Sequence record: OM339718.1
DNA length: 64,000 nucleotides
Direction: 5' to 3' (one strand)
The position numbers and the translations under genes were made by a program. Shown here piece by piece: positions 44,982-53,846 of this stretch; positions within the stretch are counted from its first letter, which is position 1, and every line of letters starts with the position of its first letter. Under the pieces are notes generated by a model. It had not been told where the DNA came from. It ran no database searches and worked only from the letters and a program-made list of their open reading frames with translations.

Positions 44982-45338
44982 TTGCTGGGTGTTGGGGACA
45001 ATCACCAATGTCTATACATGAACACGACCGCGATGAATAGATGTCGTTCTGTAAACCTGAATAAAGAACCTTGTGACGTCGTTGTTATGCGTCCTTCTAA
45101 GTGGGGGAATCCTTTCCCCTTACGCAGAGAAGAAGATCGAGAGATTATTTTAGAGAAATATAAAAACTGGTTGACAGAACAGATACGAACAGGTAATCTT
45201 ACTCGTGAAGATTTCAAAGAACTTGAAGGTAAGCGTTTAGGGTGTTGTTGTAAACCTAAACTATGTCACGCTGACATTCTGGCTTATGTAGTTAACAAGT
45301 TATTTGAGCCATCATTAGACAAACTATTTGGTATATGA
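44982..45338 (+). CDS. DUF4326-like protein (true start probably 45018 or 45033)
   Basis: RPSKWGNPF, LEGKRLGCCCKP..CHADIL. Confidence 0.8.
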   Translation: MLGVGDNHQCLYMNTTAMNRCRSVNLNKEPCDVVVMRPSKWGNPFPLRREEDREIILEKYKNWLTEQIRTGNLTREDFKELEGKRLGCCCKPKLCHADILAYVVNKLFEPSLDKLFGI

Positions 45339-45618
45339 GGAATATGTTATGACAAAAGAATTTTTTGTTGATATGGACGTCCAGTTTATGTACCCTATTA
45401 ACCATTTCCCGAAAGGTGGTTTACCGTTAGGGAAAGCTATCGACTATATCCCTTCTCTTGGTAGCCATATGGGTAAGTCTGATATTATGGGTATGATTCT
45501 CAAGAAAGCTCATGAACGTGGTGATATTAAATTCATTATCGGGTTTCCTGAAATTACAGAAGAAGACACGAAACGTCGGTTTGAACTTATGCGTAAACAG
45601 GCGGAGAATTTGGTATGA
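45328..45618 (+). CDS. Hypothetical protein
   Basis: GAGG SD favours ATG near 45349. Confidence 0.68.
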   Translation: MVYEEYVMTKEFFVDMDVQFMYPINHFPKGGLPLGKAIDYIPSLGSHMGKSDIMGMILKKAHERGDIKFIIGFPEITEEDTKRRFELMRKQAENLV

Positions 45619-45893
45619 TTACTTTCCATCGTGAACGAATTATAAAGGATCGGTTTGAAGTCACACCAGAAGAATTCATCAAATACCTAATGGAAGTGCG
45701 TTGTTATGAAGGAAAATATCATTTTTACGTAAATAATGGTATTAATAAAGGTATGCTTTCGTGGGCTTGTGAATACCCATGGAAAGATACAAATTACGAC
45801 CTTTGTGATTTTGATCCGTATAACCCAGCTTCATCATTTCAAAAAGAGATCCGTTCTGACATTATCAAGTTTCTAAAATCATTTGAGGAATAA
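45615..45893 (+). CDS. Hypothetical protein
   Basis: ATGA overlap. Confidence 0.7.
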   Translation: MITFHRERIIKDRFEVTPEEFIKYLMEVRCYEGKYHFYVNNGINKGMLSWACEYPWKDTNYDLCDFDPYNPASSFQKEIRSDIIKFLKSFEE

Positions 45894-45896
45894 GAG

Positions 45897-46118
45897 ATGA
45901 AACACCACGCAACACTTTCTAAAGTCCGTCCAGTACCCGGAAATCGTCTTTCTGGTCTTATCTATGACGATTGTCTAACCCGGTTTGAAAATGGAGACAG
46001 TATTGTAACTTCACCAATCACAGAAAAGATTGAAGTTGATGGGGAAGTTCGTTATGTAAAAACAGAAACCGGAACCGTGTATCTGATTGGTTCTTGGGTT
46101 CATGCATTGGATCTGTAA
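45897..46118 (+). CDS. Small beta protein, paralog of 44706
   Basis: GLIYDD...RFENGDSIVTS...TETGTVY. Confidence 0.7.
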   Translation: MKHHATLSKVRPVPGNRLSGLIYDDCLTRFENGDSIVTSPITEKIEVDGEVRYVKTETGTVYLIGSWVHALDL

Positions 46119-46120
46119 GT

Positions 46121-46333
46121 ATGAAGTATGAAATTAAATTAGAATATGTTTTGGAAAACACCGAACTTGAGTGGATCCAACGTACTATTCAAAGTGATAC
46201 CCCAACCGCAGATGAAAAATATATCCTGTTGAAGTTGGTTGCTGCTTTGAAGTCTCCATTGGTGGATACTATATTGGTTGACATCGTAGAACTACAAATT
46301 ATTGAAAGGTATATCCTAAAATGCAAATTGTAA
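46121..46333 (+). CDS. Hypothetical protein
   Basis: ATG 46121 after upstream stop. Confidence 0.6.
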   Translation: MKYEIKLEYVLENTELEWIQRTIQSDTPTADEKYILLKLVAALKSPLVDTILVDIVELQIIERYILKCKL

Positions 46334-46500
46334 TTGACCTTAAAAATGCAAAATTGACAAATCCAGACGATCTTGAAAACATTATGACATATGAACAATT
46401 TGCTTTGTATACATGGATTTATTACCCATGGTTCAATAAGAAAACAAATCAGGTTATTCTCACAAAAGAAGAATATAGCCTGATCCATGAATGGATTTGA
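46321..46500 (+). CDS. Small hypothetical protein, 59 aa
   Basis: AAGG SD; fills the gap between neighbours; below track cutoff. Confidence 0.5.
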   Translation: MQIVIDLKNAKLTNPDDLENIMTYEQFALYTWIYYPWFNKKTNQVILTKEEYSLIHEWI

Positions 46501-46762
46501 TATGAATAGAATTAATGTAGAATTAGAAGCTCGTGGTGTTGAAATTTCTGGTGGATATGGAAACAACCCGTATATTTTCTTGACATTAGATCAGGTAGAC
46601 CCAGAACCAGTAATGGATTCAATTACCATATCCGAATTTATTAGCCACTTTGGTGACTCAGACGTATTAAGTTACTTCACTATCCAAGATATCCTAGCCC
46701 ATTTCGGAGAATCCGAATTGTTGGCGGCTATGGATACCCAAACTATTATGGACGCTCTATGA
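46487..46762 (+). CDS. Hypothetical acidic protein with internal repeat
   Basis: HFGDSDVL / HFGESELL. Confidence 0.65.
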   Translation: MNGFDMNRINVELEARGVEISGGYGNNPYIFLTLDQVDPEPVMDSITISEFISHFGDSDVLSYFTIQDILAHFGESELLAAMDTQTIMDAL

Positions 46763-46941
46763 AAGTCGACTTAACAAATTTAGACGTAAAACACTTAGAA
46801 ACTATCACTCTTATTATCGCACGATCTGCCGATATCATGACTCGTTTGACTCAAGCTAAAAAGGTTGGGTGTGCCACATTCGAATTGTCCGAAACTGAAC
46901 TGAAAGATCTTAATACTATCAATTTGGGGATTACAGAATGA
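46759..46941 (+). CDS. Hypothetical protein
   Basis: ATGA overlaps. Confidence 0.65.
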   Translation: MKVDLTNLDVKHLETITLIIARSADIMTRLTQAKKVGCATFELSETELKDLNTINLGITE

Positions 46942-48116
46942 AAGAACTTTATAACAACCTGTTGAAGCTAACCGAAGAACATGGCGATTGTTTCTTCTTT
47001 CGTGACCATTGGTCTTCCATTGGAAACCATTTTCGGGTATTCTCCTATCACATCGCAGGATTAACCCAATGGATGCTCCCAGACGCTCTAGAGTGTCGTG
47101 GTATCATGTTCGAGCTGATTAACGGTGAACCGTACCGGATCGCATCTCGACCCATGGAGAAGTTTTTCAACCTAGCAGAACGCCAAGCATGGAACTTAAC
47201 AAATTCCGGTGTCGTTGGTCTCGATAAACTGGAATTGGATTATTCTAATATCGACCGATATGAAGATAAAGCAGATGGTAGTTTGATGAGTTCTTACCAC
47301 TTCATCGACCCAGAAGACGACAATCGCATTAATTACATGCTTAAAAGCAAGACCTCAATTAATAGTGATCAGGCAAATGACGCGAATCGTTGGTTGGTGA
47401 ACCACACAGACCTTTTGGACTTCATTATCGATTGCGAAGAGGCAGGGTATACTGTGAATCTGGAATGGTGTTCTCCGAAGAACCAGATTGTTATTATGTA
47501 TCCAGAAGAAAGCCTCAAGATCCTGAACGTCCGCCATCGTGATACTGGGGAATATTACTCAAACAACAAGTTGATTCGGTCTCCTGTGTTCCGCAAGTAT
47601 GCAGTAGATCAGTTCATGTTTGAAGAAGGTACGGATGTTAATGCCGCGATTTCGAACATGTACAACGAAACTGGGATCGAAGGATACATTCTGGTTATGA
47701 AAGATGGTAGCCGAGTTAAGATCAAGACCACATCATATGTGGCTCGCCACAAGCTGAAAGACTCCATTACCAACAACAAGGATTTGGTGATTGCAGTTGC
47801 TCAAGGTGTGTCAGATGACTTACGTCAACTGTTTTTGGATGATTCGTTATCTCTAACAAAAATCCAAGAATTCGAAGATCATGTGGTTAGTGTTGCTGGC
47901 TCAACTTATACCAAGATCCGAGAGGCTCATAAGGCTTGTGCTGGAATGGAACGACGCGAATACGCAATCTCCATGCAGAACACATTCAAACAAGACCGTA
48001 TGTTCTTTAACATCGTGATGAAGATGTTCCAAGCACCAGATCTGGAAGTGATGCCAGAGATTATGGCAGTCATTATCAAGTATCCAGAAGAATTTATTCC
48101 AACTAAATGGGGCTAA
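46938..48116 (+). CDS. rnlA: RNA ligase 1
   Basis: ECRGIMFE, PMEKFFN, motif I KADGS, KSK, NLEW, EGYI, KIK. Confidence 0.93.
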   Translation: MKELYNNLLKLTEEHGDCFFFRDHWSSIGNHFRVFSYHIAGLTQWMLPDALECRGIMFELINGEPYRIASRPMEKFFNLAERQAWNLTNSGVVGLDKLELDYSNIDRYEDKADGSLMSSYHFIDPEDDNRINYMLKSKTSINSDQANDANRWLVNHTDLLDFIIDCEEAGYTVNLEWCSPKNQIVIMYPEESLKILNVRHRDTGEYYSNNKLIRSPVFRKYAVDQFMFEEGTDVNAAISNMYNETGIEGYILVMKDGSRVKIKTTSYVARHKLKDSITNNKDLVIAVAQGVSDDLRQLFLDDSLSLTKIQEFEDHVVSVAGSTYTKIREAHKACAGMERREYAISMQNTFKQDRMFFNIVMKMFQAPDLEVMPEIMAVIIKYPEEFIPTKWG

Positions 48117-48117
48117 T

Positions 48118-48321
48118 ATGATTATCTATCAAAAGGACGGGAATACAATCACATTACCAGAAACCAATATAATGGTTAAACTTGAAAATGGTATGATGAT
48201 TGTTGGTACACGGGAAATGAATCACCACAGATTTTCTGATGTGTTTGTTATGGTTCCTTTGGATAACATTTCACGAGTCCAGAGCGACGTGATGGGAACC
48301 AACGGTAGCGCCAAAAAATAA
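48118..48321 (+). CDS. Hypothetical protein
   Basis: Directly after rnlA. Confidence 0.65.
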   Translation: MIIYQKDGNTITLPETNIMVKLENGMMIVGTREMNHHRFSDVFVMVPLDNISRVQSDVMGTNGSAKK

Positions 48322-48322
48322 G

Positions 48323-48368
48323 TTGACTGTATAATCAAAACCCTATATCATCTCTGGTATAGGGTTTT
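48323..48368 (+). promoter_or_regulatory. Early promoter inside terminator-like hairpin
   Basis: TTGACT-N17-TATCAT; AAAACCCTATA/TATAGGGTTTT arms. Confidence 0.68.
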
Positions 48369-48388
48369 TACTTACTGAGGATACGAAA

Positions 48389-48589
48389 ATGAAACTAACT
48401 AATATCATGCCCGGAGAGGGATACTGTATTGCGGTTTGGACTGATGGAGAAGGTCGCATAGAGTCAGAAAAGTGGCGCATCAATCTAGATGATATAGAAT
48501 ATTGGGACGACCTTGATGGATGGTGTGTTGTAGATCTCAATAATGAATTTTATTCTCGATTGGAAATTCAATGGGTGGTTCCTGAATGA
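48389..48589 (+). CDS. Hypothetical protein
   Basis: GAGG SD. Confidence 0.72.
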   Translation: MKLTNIMPGEGYCIAVWTDGEGRIESEKWRINLDDIEYWDDLDGWCVVDLNNEFYSRLEIQWVVPE

Positions 48590-48891
48590 AAAATATTGAA
48601 AATGAGATTATAAAATGGTTGTTCTTTGCAGAAGCCAATGGTAAGATTAGTTGGATGCTTAACAATGTTTTGAAACTCGATGAATCTACTAGAATCTATT
48701 TCGACAAAGAAGAAAAATCTATATCTTTAATCGACTGTGGTGAAAGTCCTAGGATCTTCGATAATGTGTTCGGTGAGGAATCCTGTAAAATCTTATGGGA
48801 TATGTATAACAACCACAATCGTCCTATTGACCTCAAGAACCAAGAAGAGGCGTTGATGGTTTTGAAATCTCGTATTGAGGGTATGAAATGA
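48586..48891 (+). CDS. Hypothetical protein
   Basis: ATGA overlap. Confidence 0.72.
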   Translation: MKNIENEIIKWLFFAEANGKISWMLNNVLKLDESTRIYFDKEEKSISLIDCGESPRIFDNVFGEESCKILWDMYNNHNRPIDLKNQEEALMVLKSRIEGMK

Positions 48892-49160
48892 TGGACCCAA
48901 TCTTAGAAGTTCGTATGTGGTGGTCAATTGGTATTGTTTGTGTTGGGTTTCTTCTTCCGTTGCTTGTTTTGGCACTCAGACAGATTTTCTTTAATAAAGA
49001 TGTGACTTGGTATCAAGCGGCTGGATATGTTCTGTGGATCACGTTATGGGTGTCGTTCGGAAAAGAACTGATCCCAGAAAAATACGATGTGAAAACCGAA
49101 AGGGTTTATCAATGTGAATGGGTGGATAAAACAGTACCGAAATATCCAAAAATTGATTGA
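48888..49160 (+). CDS. Membrane protein
   Basis: Two hydrophobic helices. Confidence 0.72.
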   Translation: MMDPILEVRMWWSIGIVCVGFLLPLLVLALRQIFFNKDVTWYQAAGYVLWITLWVSFGKELIPEKYDVKTERVYQCEWVDKTVPKYPKID

Positions 49161-49217
49161 CTATAAATGAAAATCCTGTACCCTATGTGGTATAGGATTT
49201 GTTTTGTGAGAGGTGGT

Positions 49218-49493
49218 ATGAAAAACATTGGTTGGAAATACTATGTGGTTTCTGAAAATATGGGCGATGTGTTTGATTTCGAAGAAAAATTCGGAATCGC
49301 TGCCTTATCTTTGGATAACTCGATTAAGGTAGACACATCATTGGTATTGGTAACTCTATATCATGGTGAAATCGTCGACCCGGTTCTTCATTTGCCCCGC
49401 GTATGGGTTCGTGGTGATGAATGCTGGCGGAACCCGAAGGCAGGTGATGAGCCAGTTTTTAAATTACTGAAAAAGTTTGGATACATCAGTTGA
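49218..49493 (+). CDS. Hypothetical protein
   Basis: GAGGTG SD before ATG 49218. Confidence 0.68.
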   Translation: MKNIGWKYYVVSENMGDVFDFEEKFGIAALSLDNSIKVDTSLVLVTLYHGEIVDPVLHLPRVWVRGDECWRNPKAGDEPVFKLLKKFGYIS

Positions 49494-49518
49494 CTTGAAA
49501 TTTAAATTATGAGAATAT
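49490..49518 (+). promoter_or_regulatory. Early promoter
   Basis: TTGACT-N17-GAATAT. Confidence 0.58.
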
Positions 49519-49545
49519 AGCTGTATCAAAACAAGGGAGATAGAT

Positions 49546-49722
49546 ATGAAAGAATATATGTTTAAGGTTGTTTATGTTGGTCAAGACGACCAAGTGTATG
49601 ACGAAACCCGTGAGTATCGTGCGGTAGATAAGTATGCCGCCGAAAAAGGGATTGGTCAGTATCTTCTTGATAACAAACACATTAAGTTTGTTTCAGACCT
49701 GAAAATTTTTGAAGAGGTGTAG
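49546..49722 (+). CDS. Small hypothetical protein, 58 aa
   Basis: GGGAG SD; below track cutoff. Confidence 0.65.
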   Translation: MKEYMFKVVYVGQDDQVYDETREYRAVDKYAAEKGIGQYLLDNKHIKFVSDLKIFEEV

Positions 49723-49726
49723 TGAT

Positions 49727-50122
49727 ATGCAAGGTAAGGGTAGATGTTGGGATTGGATTTCTAAGCTTTTGAATTCAGAAAAGCAGCCTCAATATTGGGA
49801 TGTTGTCAATCCGGTCACACCAACACCCCTCCAAGAAAAAGTAGATAAGATTGTTGAGATCATTGATAATTGTGATGACCTTAGCCGTAAACACACAGAC
49901 CGAACCGCAACATCTTTTGTTATAGGTGATGGTGTTAAGTTGGTATGGGGTATTTGCATCTCTATTTCAATCATGTATGATGACGATGGTAAAATTAATG
50001 ATATTTTCAATGAAAAAGAGAAAGACCGAATTCTAACAGCTCTGAGAAATTTGTCCTCTCGCGTAGAGGAAAAGAAGAGAAAAGAAGAGTTTAAAAACTT
50101 TCTTGAAACGGAACTAAAGTAA
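49727..50122 (+). CDS. Hypothetical protein
   Basis: GAGGTG SD before ATG 49727. Confidence 0.7.
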   Translation: MQGKGRCWDWISKLLNSEKQPQYWDVVNPVTPTPLQEKVDKIVEIIDNCDDLSRKHTDRTATSFVIGDGVKLVWGICISISIMYDDDGKINDIFNEKEKDRILTALRNLSSRVEEKKRKEEFKNFLETELK

Positions 50123-50130
50123 GGAATATT

Positions 50131-50358
50131 ATGATGAAATTTGATATGACTTTTTCAGAAGCACTTGTATATGTTCTCGAAGGTAAGGGTTGGGTAGTCG
50201 GTGAACATTTCCAAAAGGGGGTTGTTATGTCCCGTGGTGGTATGGGTTCTTTGATGGTAAAAGACTTCAAAAGCAACACAGAAACCCCAATGATTGTATC
50301 AGTTCGTAGTCTTCAACAGAAATATCGAGCTGTATTTACACAACCAGAGGTGATGTGA
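50131..50358 (+). CDS. Hypothetical protein
   Basis: AAGGA SD. Confidence 0.72.
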   Translation: MMKFDMTFSEALVYVLEGKGWVVGEHFQKGVVMSRGGMGSLMVKDFKSNTETPMIVSVRSLQQKYRAVFTQPEVM

Positions 50359-50359
50359 T

Positions 50360-50746
50360 ATGTTTTGGTTGTTCAAAAAACATGTACCGAATATCAGACC
50401 GTTGGCGAAAAAGATTATCGAAGTAATAGACAACGACCCGTATACATGGAATCTGTCAAGAAAAAACGATGTTGATGGTTTAATCTTTACTTTTGAAATC
50501 GAAGAACCAAACCTACCAAGACGATTCAAGCCACATGAAATAAAATTGGTTTATCGTCAAGGTAACGTTTTGATTCATGAGATGAATGAACGTGGTATTT
50601 TACATAAAGACCAATTCAACCGGGATGAGAAAAAAGAATTGATACCCCGTTTGGAAGAGATCAAACGTAAATCAGAAATTCGCCAGTATAACATTATCGA
50701 AAACACAATCGCATATGGATTGAATAAAAGGGAACGATGGAAATGA
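50360..50746 (+). CDS. Hypothetical protein
   Basis: GAGGTG SD. Confidence 0.72.
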   Translation: MFWLFKKHVPNIRPLAKKIIEVIDNDPYTWNLSRKNDVDGLIFTFEIEEPNLPRRFKPHEIKLVYRQGNVLIHEMNERGILHKDQFNRDEKKELIPRLEEIKRKSEIRQYNIIENTIAYGLNKRERWK

Positions 50747-51006
50747 AAAGCTCCGAAATCCACAAAAAGATCACCGAGAAGCGAGAAGCTTTGATTCAAA
50801 ACGCACTAAATTTCGTTTATGAATATCTTCTCAAAAAGACAAATGACTATAACGTGACGGTTAGTATCCCAAACGAGATCATCCCGTCCGAGATCCGTTC
50901 TGAACTGGTTGAGCGTATGGTCAAAGATGGATATGGGGTGTCTTGGTCTAAATCCAATGATATGTATAGCAGTTACTCCCGTCTTGTTGTTGTCATCAAC
51001 GAATAA
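50737..51006 (+). CDS. Hypothetical protein
   Basis: Co-directional overlap. Confidence 0.7.
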   Translation: MEMKSSEIHKKITEKREALIQNALNFVYEYLLKKTNDYNVTVSIPNEIIPSEIRSELVERMVKDGYGVSWSKSNDMYSSYSRLVVVINE

Positions 51007-51029
51007 ATTTAAAATCAAGGAAATTAAAA

Positions 51030-51317
51030 ATGTTTGATAAAATCAAAGAAGAAATGGATAAAATTGAAGCAGCCCACGCAGGCGGTGAGATGACTGCAAA
51101 ACAAGCCGTGAGTACAGTTATTAAACTGTCAGAAATGATGGAAGATGTCGCAACTAAATTCGCTGATGCTGGTGTTGTATCATTTTCAGTGGGTGATTAC
51201 GGTAGTGGTCGGACTTACTACCCGTTCGGTCATGAGTATTGGGATCTTGAACAAGCCGAAGATTACGGTCACGGTGACGGTCATGGTTATTGGATGAGTT
51301 CTTCGGATCAGTGTTAA
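51030..51317 (+). CDS. Small acidic protein ending YWMSSSDQC
   Basis: AAGGA SD; C-terminal W-x-S-S..C motif. Confidence 0.75.
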   Translation: MFDKIKEEMDKIEAAHAGGEMTAKQAVSTVIKLSEMMEDVATKFADAGVVSFSVGDYGSGRTYYPFGHEYWDLEQAEDYGHGDGHGYWMSSSDQC

Positions 51318-51341
51318 TTTTTAAACAAAAGGAAAAATAAA

Positions 51342-51569
51342 ATGTCTCGTAGTAATGAACTGGTAGAAAAAGCAAAACAACTGGCTGTACTCCTGAAAGA
51401 AGTACGCGATCTTGCTGGTCAGCACGATTATGGTGTAGAACTGGACACAGACTCTGACGAGATAGTGTTTAACGACTGGCTAAGTAGCTCTTGTTATGGT
51501 GAAGGTGGTGAAGGTTTTACCGTGTCTGTTGATGCAGAACCTAGCTACTGGGAAGAAAGTAGTTGCTAA
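51342..51569 (+). CDS. Small acidic protein ending YWEESSC
   Basis: AAGGA SD; WLSSSC and terminal WEESSC. Confidence 0.75.
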   Translation: MSRSNELVEKAKQLAVLLKEVRDLAGQHDYGVELDTDSDEIVFNDWLSSSCYGEGGEGFTVSVDAEPSYWEESSC

Positions 51570-51578
51570 TTTGATGAA

Positions 51579-51599
51579 ATGGGGTCGTATTGACCCCAT
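51579..51599 (+). terminator. Hairpin
   Basis: ATGGGGTC-gtatt-GACCCCAT. Confidence 0.45.
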
Positions 51600-51618
51600 A
51601 AATTTTGAGGGTAATATT

Positions 51619-52527
51619 ATGATTTTGATTGGTTCTCGTGCTATGTTGGAATGCTTCTACGCTGATAGTATGGCCCCAACTAAAGATATGGATTATGATT
51701 TCATTTCCACTGAACAAGAATGGAGTGAATACCAAGCTCGTATGCAAGGCCGCTCTGTAGCCGTACAGAATCCAAATGTACGAGCTTTTGTGGTTGGGCG
51801 CGGTGATAGTCGGAGTTGCTATCACGAGGCTTATATCATTCAACCGGGGTCGTCTGATGAGATGATTGCTGACTACATGAATAACGAACATGGTAAGATC
51901 AAGGTAGCTACTCCCGGTCTACTTCTTGCGATTAAGATGTCCCACCGGTTCAAAAAGAACACGCGCAATTTCATCAAAACCATGAAATCCATTCACGAAC
52001 TTCGTGACTTTGGTGTGGTGATGAATGAAAAAGAATTCGAGATCTTCAAGAAACGTGAAAAAGAATCCTTGACTTATGGACACCCAAAGCTTAATGTAGG
52101 TAAGAAAGATTTCTTCACCGATGATTTTTACACTATGGATCACGACACAGTTCACCAAGCTATTGCCGTTGGAGAACGACCCGCTTATTTGTCATACATG
52201 GTTGATGGTGAAGAAGTGATGACATCAAAAACGAAGTTTGAACAGTGTGATATGCGTATTAAACTTCTTGGTGTATACGAAGAAGCTTGCGTTTTGGCAC
52301 TAGAACGGTGTATAGTACCATTTCCGGGTAAGGTTCATCCAGCCAAAGCTTTTATGATGGCATTGGAAAAGGTTTGTACTTCTATCACTTCTGGATGGTT
52401 TCGCGAGTATGCATACGAGAACTATACAAACGTGATGGATATTTATAATGAACAAACCAAGATTGGGGAGAACTACGTTCAACTCTTCCTCAAGAACCAA
52501 CACATGATTAAGCCATTTGAGGGTTAA
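51619..52527 (+). CDS. Conserved phage protein, possible nucleotidyltransferase fold
   Basis: GAGG SD; N-terminal LIGSRA and DMDYDF resemble the Pol-beta GS..DxD motif. Confidence 0.55.
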   Translation: MILIGSRAMLECFYADSMAPTKDMDYDFISTEQEWSEYQARMQGRSVAVQNPNVRAFVVGRGDSRSCYHEAYIIQPGSSDEMIADYMNNEHGKIKVATPGLLLAIKMSHRFKKNTRNFIKTMKSIHELRDFGVVMNEKEFEIFKKREKESLTYGHPKLNVGKKDFFTDDFYTMDHDTVHQAIAVGERPAYLSYMVDGEEVMTSKTKFEQCDMRIKLLGVYEEACVLALERCIVPFPGKVHPAKAFMMALEKVCTSITSGWFREYAYENYTNVMDIYNEQTKIGENYVQLFLKNQHMIKPFEG

Positions 52528-52530
52528 GAT

Positions 52531-52794
52531 ATGTTTGCACTTGCACATAAAGAAACTGGGAAGTTTGTAGGTTGGGAGGTGTTTACCAGCTACATAGATG
52601 GAGAAACAGACTATTGTCTAACAGAACCGGAATTCTCTAACAACGTTTGGTGTCTATTGGCTTATATGGATGTCAAGCGTATTCTCGAAAGGGGAGAAAT
52701 TAAAAGAGGGTTCAACACATTTTATTCAGATCCGGACGTTGATTTCTCTCTGGATGAATATGAAATTGTGGTTCTAACTGGGGTAAAAGTATAA
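52531..52794 (+). CDS. Hypothetical protein
   Basis: GAGG SD. Confidence 0.7.
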   Translation: MFALAHKETGKFVGWEVFTSYIDGETDYCLTEPEFSNNVWCLLAYMDVKRILERGEIKRGFNTFYSDPDVDFSLDEYEIVVLTGVKV

Positions 52795-52958
52795 TGGAAT
52801 TTATCATCAACGACGGGTTGTATGTTGCTTTATGTGCTCTTGTTTCAATCGGTGCTCATATGTGGAATCGGAATTGGGCTCTTTGGATGGTTGGTTCGGT
52901 CTTGTTTAGTCCAGTCATTTCAGGAATTTTACTGATGCTCGCGGGTAAAAAGGAATGA
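52794..52958 (+). CDS. Small membrane protein, 54 aa
   Basis: TAATG and ATGA overlaps; two hydrophobic segments. Confidence 0.6.
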   Translation: MEFIINDGLYVALCALVSIGAHMWNRNWALWMVGSVLFSPVISGILLMLAGKKE

Positions 52959-53275
52959 AATTCGATGTAAAAATTGGCCCTAGTGTTTTCATGGTACAAT
53001 CTGATGAATCACCCGACGATCTATTTGAAATGCGAGGTGGAGTAAAAACCAGAGACGGGTTTATTCTAGGGCAATACAGGTACATCAAACCTTGGGTCGT
53101 TCATTGCCAAGATTGGGAGAATATGTTTAATATGTTCTCTTTCAATGAGGAACCGATAAAACGAAGCATAGTCATATCTAACGGAGAAAAGATCTGGTAT
53201 GCAGAAGGTTGTTTCGTTAGTGAATATGTGTACACAACCAAGAGTCTTTTTATACTCATAGATTGGATTGGATAA
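52955..53275 (+). CDS. Hypothetical protein
   Basis: AAGGA SD, overlap. Confidence 0.68.
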   Translation: MKFDVKIGPSVFMVQSDESPDDLFEMRGGVKTRDGFILGQYRYIKPWVVHCQDWENMFNMFSFNEEPIKRSIVISNGEKIWYAEGCFVSEYVYTTKSLFILIDWIG

Positions 53276-53572
53276 ATGAAAATAAGTAAAGAAGAAGTAG
53301 GAAGTTATATCAGTACTGTTTTTTGGTTTACCGCAAAACAGGGTATCGATAACACAAATGGTGTATATGGGGTGGATGGTATTATTGAAAAACATAATAG
53401 ATATCTATTCTGTATAATCACATTAAAAAACGGTTTAGTTTTTCATGGTGTCAATTCGGGTGGATTAGACCCAGAAAAATACGACAGGACATACGCCGAA
53501 AACGATGCATTTGAAGATGCATTTAATAAGGTATGGGAAGCCGTCGCAATTCACAAATCTTTTTCAAAATAG
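53276..53572 (+). CDS. Hypothetical protein (Gp49/DUF2829-like tail)
   Basis: CIITLKNG..FHGVNSG..DPEKYD...A..DAFNKVWE; family guess is tentative. Confidence 0.6.
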   Translation: MKISKEEVGSYISTVFWFTAKQGIDNTNGVYGVDGIIEKHNRYLFCIITLKNGLVFHGVNSGGLDPEKYDRTYAENDAFEDAFNKVWEAVAIHKSFSK

Positions 53573-53575
53573 TTG

Positions 53576-53604
53576 TTGACTGGGTATCTCAGAAATGGGA
53601 TACT
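53576..53604 (+). promoter_or_regulatory. Early promoter with hairpin, homologous to 27262
   Basis: TTGACT-N17-GATACT; GGGTATCTC/GGGATACTC; shared downstream TTGTCGAAACAAA. Confidence 0.72.
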
Positions 53605-53631
53605 CTTCTTGTCGAAACAAAGGAGATAACC

Positions 53632-53844
53632 ATGGATACTAAAACGACTTATGAACAGTGGGTTGAACAGAACCAAGAGTATCTGATTCGCTACATCAAA
53701 GAGAACATATATTTGTGGGTTGGTGTAGAACAGAGAGATAATTGTAGTAGTATCTCTACCAAAGTAAGTGTTGAGTTATATGATAGAAGCGAACATGACC
53801 CACTGACTTCTGATAGCGCAGATGATTATTTCAATAAGGATTAA
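53632..53844 (+). CDS. Hypothetical protein
   Basis: AAGGAG SD before ATG 53632. Confidence 0.72.
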   Translation: MDTKTTYEQWVEQNQEYLIRYIKENIYLWVGVEQRDNCSSISTKVSVELYDRSEHDPLTSDSADDYFNKD

Positions 53845-53846
53845 TT

